The position numbers and the translations under genes are program-made. Of a DNA stretch of 21,562 bases, positions 17,177-21,562 are shown one piece after another. The DNA is from Vulcanimicrobiaceae bacterium (lineage in GTDB: Bacteria; Vulcanimicrobiota; Vulcanimicrobiia; Vulcanimicrobiales; Vulcanimicrobiaceae). Where the stretch lies: the NCBI GenBank assembly GCA_046262595.1, contig JBHEMM010000028.1:6534-28095 (forward strand), read 5' to 3'. Under the pieces are notes generated by a model. The model made no database searches. It was not told where the DNA came from and was given only the letters and a program-made list of their open reading frames with translations. Every line of letters begins with the position of its first letter. Position 1 is the stretch's first letter.

Positions 17177-18463
17177 CTGTCTATCTCCACTTTAACCAAA
17201 CTCGCCCCGACCCAAGTCGAACTGCTCATTCCGATCTCGGCCGAAGAGATGCGCGAGGCGGAAGACCGCGCGTTTAAGCGCCTGGTCAAACGAGCCAAGT
17301 TGCCCGGCTTCCGGCCCGGTAAGGTGCCGCGCAAGATTTTTGAACAGACCTACGGTTCGCACACGATCGCAAACGAGGCAATGGAAGATGTGGTTCCGGC
17401 CGTTTATACGAAGGCCGTGCGCGAGCATAATCTCGAGCCCGTGGACCGTCCCAAAATGGAGCTGCTGCCCGAACAAGAGGGGCAGCCCGCGCGAGTCAAG
17501 GCAGTCGTGGACGTCCGGCCCGAGATCCATTTGGGCGAGTATAAAGGGCTAACCGTTACGCACGCGCCGCCCGAAGTGAGCGATGCCGATGTCGAGCGCA
17601 CGCTCACGTCGCTCGCGCGAGAACGCGGAACGTTGGTGCCGGCCGAACGTGAGGCGCGCCTGGGCGACATCGTCACGGTCGACTACGAGGGAAAAATCGA
17701 GGGCGCGCCGTTCGAAGGCGGCGCCGCGAAGAGTCAGCAGACGGAACTTGACGAAGGGCGCTTCATTCCGGGTTTCGCAACCGGAATTGCCGGCATGAAA
17801 AGCGGCGAGACCAAAGACGTACAGGCGCGATTCCCCGATGATTATCAAGAGCAACAACTTGCCGGCAAAACGGCCGTCTTTACGGTGACGCTGCACGAAG
17901 TCAAAGAGCTCGAACTGCCCGAAATCGACGACGCGTTCGCCAAGGCCGCGAGCCGGAAGGAAACGCTCGACGCGCTTAAGGCGGACATTCGCGAACGCCT
18001 CCAAGCCGCTGCCGAACAGCGCCGCAAGCGCGACGTCGGCAACGACTTGGTCGAGCAGCTCGTCAATGCGTACGATTTCCCGCTGCCGGCCGTCATGGTC
18101 GAGCGCGAGACGTCCAACATGCTGCAAGACGCCGAAGGCATGGCGACGCGCATGGGGATGACGTTCGAGCAATATTTAGAAGCCGGGGGGAAAACCGAAG
18201 CTGATTTGCGCGCCGAATTCCAGCCGGAAGCCGTCAAACGCGTAAAGGGCACGCTTCTTTTAGAAGCGATTGCCAAGGCCGAGAACATCGCCTCAACGCC
18301 CGCCGATCTGCAAGCCGAGCTCCAAAGCCTCGCAAAGCAGTACGGGCAACCGCCCGATCGCATCCGCGCGGCGCTCGGCAACAACGTGGTTTCGCTCATG
18401 GACAGCATCGTGCGCACGAAGACGGTCGAGTTTCTTATCGAACACGCCAAAGACGGCAACTGA
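17177..18463 (+). CDS. tig: Trigger factor (probable CTG start)
   Basis: LPGFRPGKVP ribosome-binding motif; FKBP domain (VDYEG..EG.PFEGG, FIPGF); AGGAG RBS at 17163-17167; upstream of clpP-clpX. Confidence 0.95.
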   Translation: MSISTLTKLAPTQVELLIPISAEEMREAEDRAFKRLVKRAKLPGFRPGKVPRKIFEQTYGSHTIANEAMEDVVPAVYTKAVREHNLEPVDRPKMELLPEQEGQPARVKAVVDVRPEIHLGEYKGLTVTHAPPEVSDADVERTLTSLARERGTLVPAEREARLGDIVTVDYEGKIEGAPFEGGAAKSQQTELDEGRFIPGFATGIAGMKSGETKDVQARFPDDYQEQQLAGKTAVFTVTLHEVKELELPEIDDAFAKAASRKETLDALKADIRERLQAAAEQRRKRDVGNDLVEQLVNAYDFPLPAVMVERETSNMLQDAEGMATRMGMTFEQYLEAGGKTEADLRAEFQPEAVKRVKGTLLLEAIAKAENIASTPADLQAELQSLAKQYGQPPDRIRAALGNNVVSLMDSIVRTKTVEFLIEHAKDGN

Positions 18464-18537
18464 CCGCGCCGCAGGCGTGTCAAAACTGCAAGACGGCCGA
18501 GAGATCGAGGCCACCAGCCGGAAAAGGAAGTTAACTG

Positions 18538-19149
18538 ATGGGTCACTTAGTCCCGATGGTCGTCGAACAGAGCGCGCGCGGCGAACGAGCCTTCGACATC
18601 TATTCGCGTCTGCTCAAAGACCGCATTATTTTCGTCGGCGGCCCGATCGACGATCACCTGGCGAATTTGGTGATCGCGCAGCTGCTTTTTCTGGAAAAGG
18701 AAGACCCCGACAAAGACATCGACATGTATATCAACAGCCCGGGCGGCAGCGTCACGGCGGGTCTGGCAATCTACGACACGGTGAAGTTCATTAAGCCCGA
18801 TGTCGCGACGATTTGCGCGGGTATGGCGGCTTCCATGGGCTCCATATTGCTCACGGGCGGCGCGCAGGGGAAACGAATGGCCCTCCCGCATGCCAAAATC
18901 TTAATCCATCAGCCGTGGGTGCAGCAGGTGGGCGGCCAGGCGACCGACATTGAAATCCACGCGCGGGATCTGATTGCGACCCGCCGCATGCTGGCGGGGA
19001 TCTACGAGGACACGACCAAGAAGGCCATCGACCAAATCCTCAAAGACATCGAGCGCGATTTCTACATGACGGCGACGGAAGCCAAAGAATACGGTATCAT
19101 AGATACGATCATCGAAAACCGGACGTCGCTGGCAGCAACGCCGGCCTAG
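18538..19149 (+). CDS. clpP: ATP-dependent Clp protease proteolytic subunit
   Basis: [27 protein letters not shown] (Ser), IHQP (His), ERD (Asp). Confidence 0.98.
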   Translation: MGHLVPMVVEQSARGERAFDIYSRLLKDRIIFVGGPIDDHLANLVIAQLLFLEKEDPDKDIDMYINSPGGSVTAGLAIYDTVKFIKPDVATICAGMAASMGSILLTGGAQGKRMALPHAKILIHQPWVQQVGGQATDIEIHARDLIATRRMLAGIYEDTTKKAIDQILKDIERDFYMTATEAKEYGIIDTIIENRTSLAATPA

Positions 19150-19157
19150 GGAGCCCA

Positions 19158-20417
<1,260 letters not shown>

Positions 20418-20622
20418 CAGCCAGGCCCGCGCTCGGTCAGCGCTGTTCATTAAGCGGACGCCTGTATCCGGCGCCGTCATGGCGGCCTAGGGCGCAGGTC
20501 CTAACGATAGACCCCCCTACTTACCACAGCGCTAGCCGAGGCGCTTCACGCGTCCGGCCGGCTTCGCTCGTTACGATGTGTGCGGATTACTTCGCCCGCA
20601 CTTCAAGAGGATACGAGCACAC

Positions 20623-21501
20623 ATGAAAATTTTCCGAGTTTCCGCTTCCGTTCTGACGTTTACCGCGCTTAGTCTCCTCGCTGCCTGCGGCGGCGGCGGC
20701 GGTGGCGGCGGCGGCTTCACACCCGGAGGCGGCGGCCCGACGGCGACCCCGACACCAGGCGGCGGCCCCACGGCGACGCCCACGCCGGCCTCAACTCCCG
20801 GCAGCGTCGGGACCAGTTCACAAGTCCTCAAAGCCGAAGAAAACTTTACGAATCCCGATATGGCAAGCTGGTATACGTCGGGCAGCGCCTCGTGGAGCGC
20901 GCACGCCGGCGACACCACTTCAGGGAATAACGGTGATGGCGACACGTGCGATACGACGATGACGTCCGACGCTACGGGAACGTACTTCCACAGTCACTCG
21001 TTCGTGGGCATTTACTTCAACGGCACGGAAATGGGACTTCCGAGCGCCATCGGCATCGAAAACTCCGTCGAGCCGACGAAGGGAACGCCGGCGCACCCCT
21101 CCGACAACTACGAAGTCGAGAACGGGTCGTGCATGTTCCACGTTCACACGCACGATTTCTCGGGTCTCGTGCACGTCGAGGTGCCGCAGCAGTCGTTCGA
21201 CCCCTCGTATAACAACCTGCCGTCGTACGCGAACCTGCAGACGCTGCTGGATGTCTGGGGCGCGCAGCTCACTTCGAGCGGTCTCGTTGCCGGAAGCAAC
21301 TCCTTGACCGGCGCGACGACGATTTACACGGGCCTGTCGAGCACGAAAGATGCGAGCGGCAATGACCTCGTCAACTCCTACACGCCCGTCATCGGATCGG
21401 CCGCGAGCGTAGCACTGCGCCATCACGAGGCAATCTGGATCGTTATTGGAACGCCGCCGGTTGCCGGTTTGCCGCAAGTTACGTTCGTTATCACCAACTA
21501 G
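20623..21501 (+). CDS. Lipoprotein with His-rich conserved domain of unknown function
   Basis: Lipobox LAA-C; Gly and TP linker; FHSHSF, CMFHVHTHDFSGLVHVE; GAGGA RBS. ATG 20623 is preferred over 20578. Confidence 0.85.
   Translation: MKIFRVSASVLTFTALSLLAACGGGGGGGGGFTPGGGGPTATPTPGGGPTATPTPASTPGSVGTSSQVLKAEENFTNPDMASWYTSGSASWSAHAGDTTSGNNGDGDTCDTTMTSDATGTYFHSHSFVGIYFNGTEMGLPSAIGIENSVEPTKGTPAHPSDNYEVENGSCMFHVHTHDFSGLVHVEVPQQSFDPSYNNLPSYANLQTLLDVWGAQLTSSGLVAGSNSLTGATTIYTGLSSTKDASGNDLVNSYTPVIGSAASVALRHHEAIWIVIGTPPVAGLPQVTFVITN
20689..20788 (+). repeat. Coding low-complexity repeats: (GGC)n poly-Gly and two copies of GGGPTATPTP
   Basis: Nine Gly codons at 20689-20715, then two near-identical units of about 30 nt. 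Confidence 0.8.
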
Positions 21502-21525
21502 ACCGGAGCACACCGATACCAGCAA

Positions 21526-21551
21526 CAGAGGCCGGATCCGTCCGGCCTCTG
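21526..21551 (+). terminator. Probable intrinsic terminator hairpin
   Basis: CAGAGGCCGGA-TCCG-TCCGGCCTCTG followed by CTTCT. Confidence 0.7.
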
Positions 21552-21562
21552 CTTCTATAAAG

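Overview
High-GC bacterial chromosomal segment. The gene style suggests a Terrabacteria lineage such as Ca. Eremiobacterota/Vulcanimicrobiota (inference only). Left part: a tyrosine/homogentisate catabolism cluster (hppD 5' half, conserved hypothetical protein, fahA, hmgA, CDGSH Fe-S protein), then SRP RNA, an M23 peptidase, yggT, lepA, rdgB and a GNAT. Right part: seven tRNA genes (Pro, Arg, His, Lys, Lys, Leu, Gly) interrupted by accessory genes (a putative glycoside hydrolase lipoprotein, an HNH endonuclease, a PAS-GGDEF-EAL protein, a decayed GAF-GGDEF-STAND ATPase gene), followed by tig-clpP-clpX and a His-motif lipoprotein. Most notable: (1) a free-standing Zn-finger HNH nuclease gene with a Gram-positive-type LexA box 1 nt before its ATG and its stop codon inside tRNA-Pro; (2) tig apparently starting at CTG; (3) a candidate for the missing maleylacetoacetate step; (4) a probable chimeric assembly junction (hppD/comEA) at the left edge. 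All calls come from reading the sequence and recalled motifs. No searches were run.
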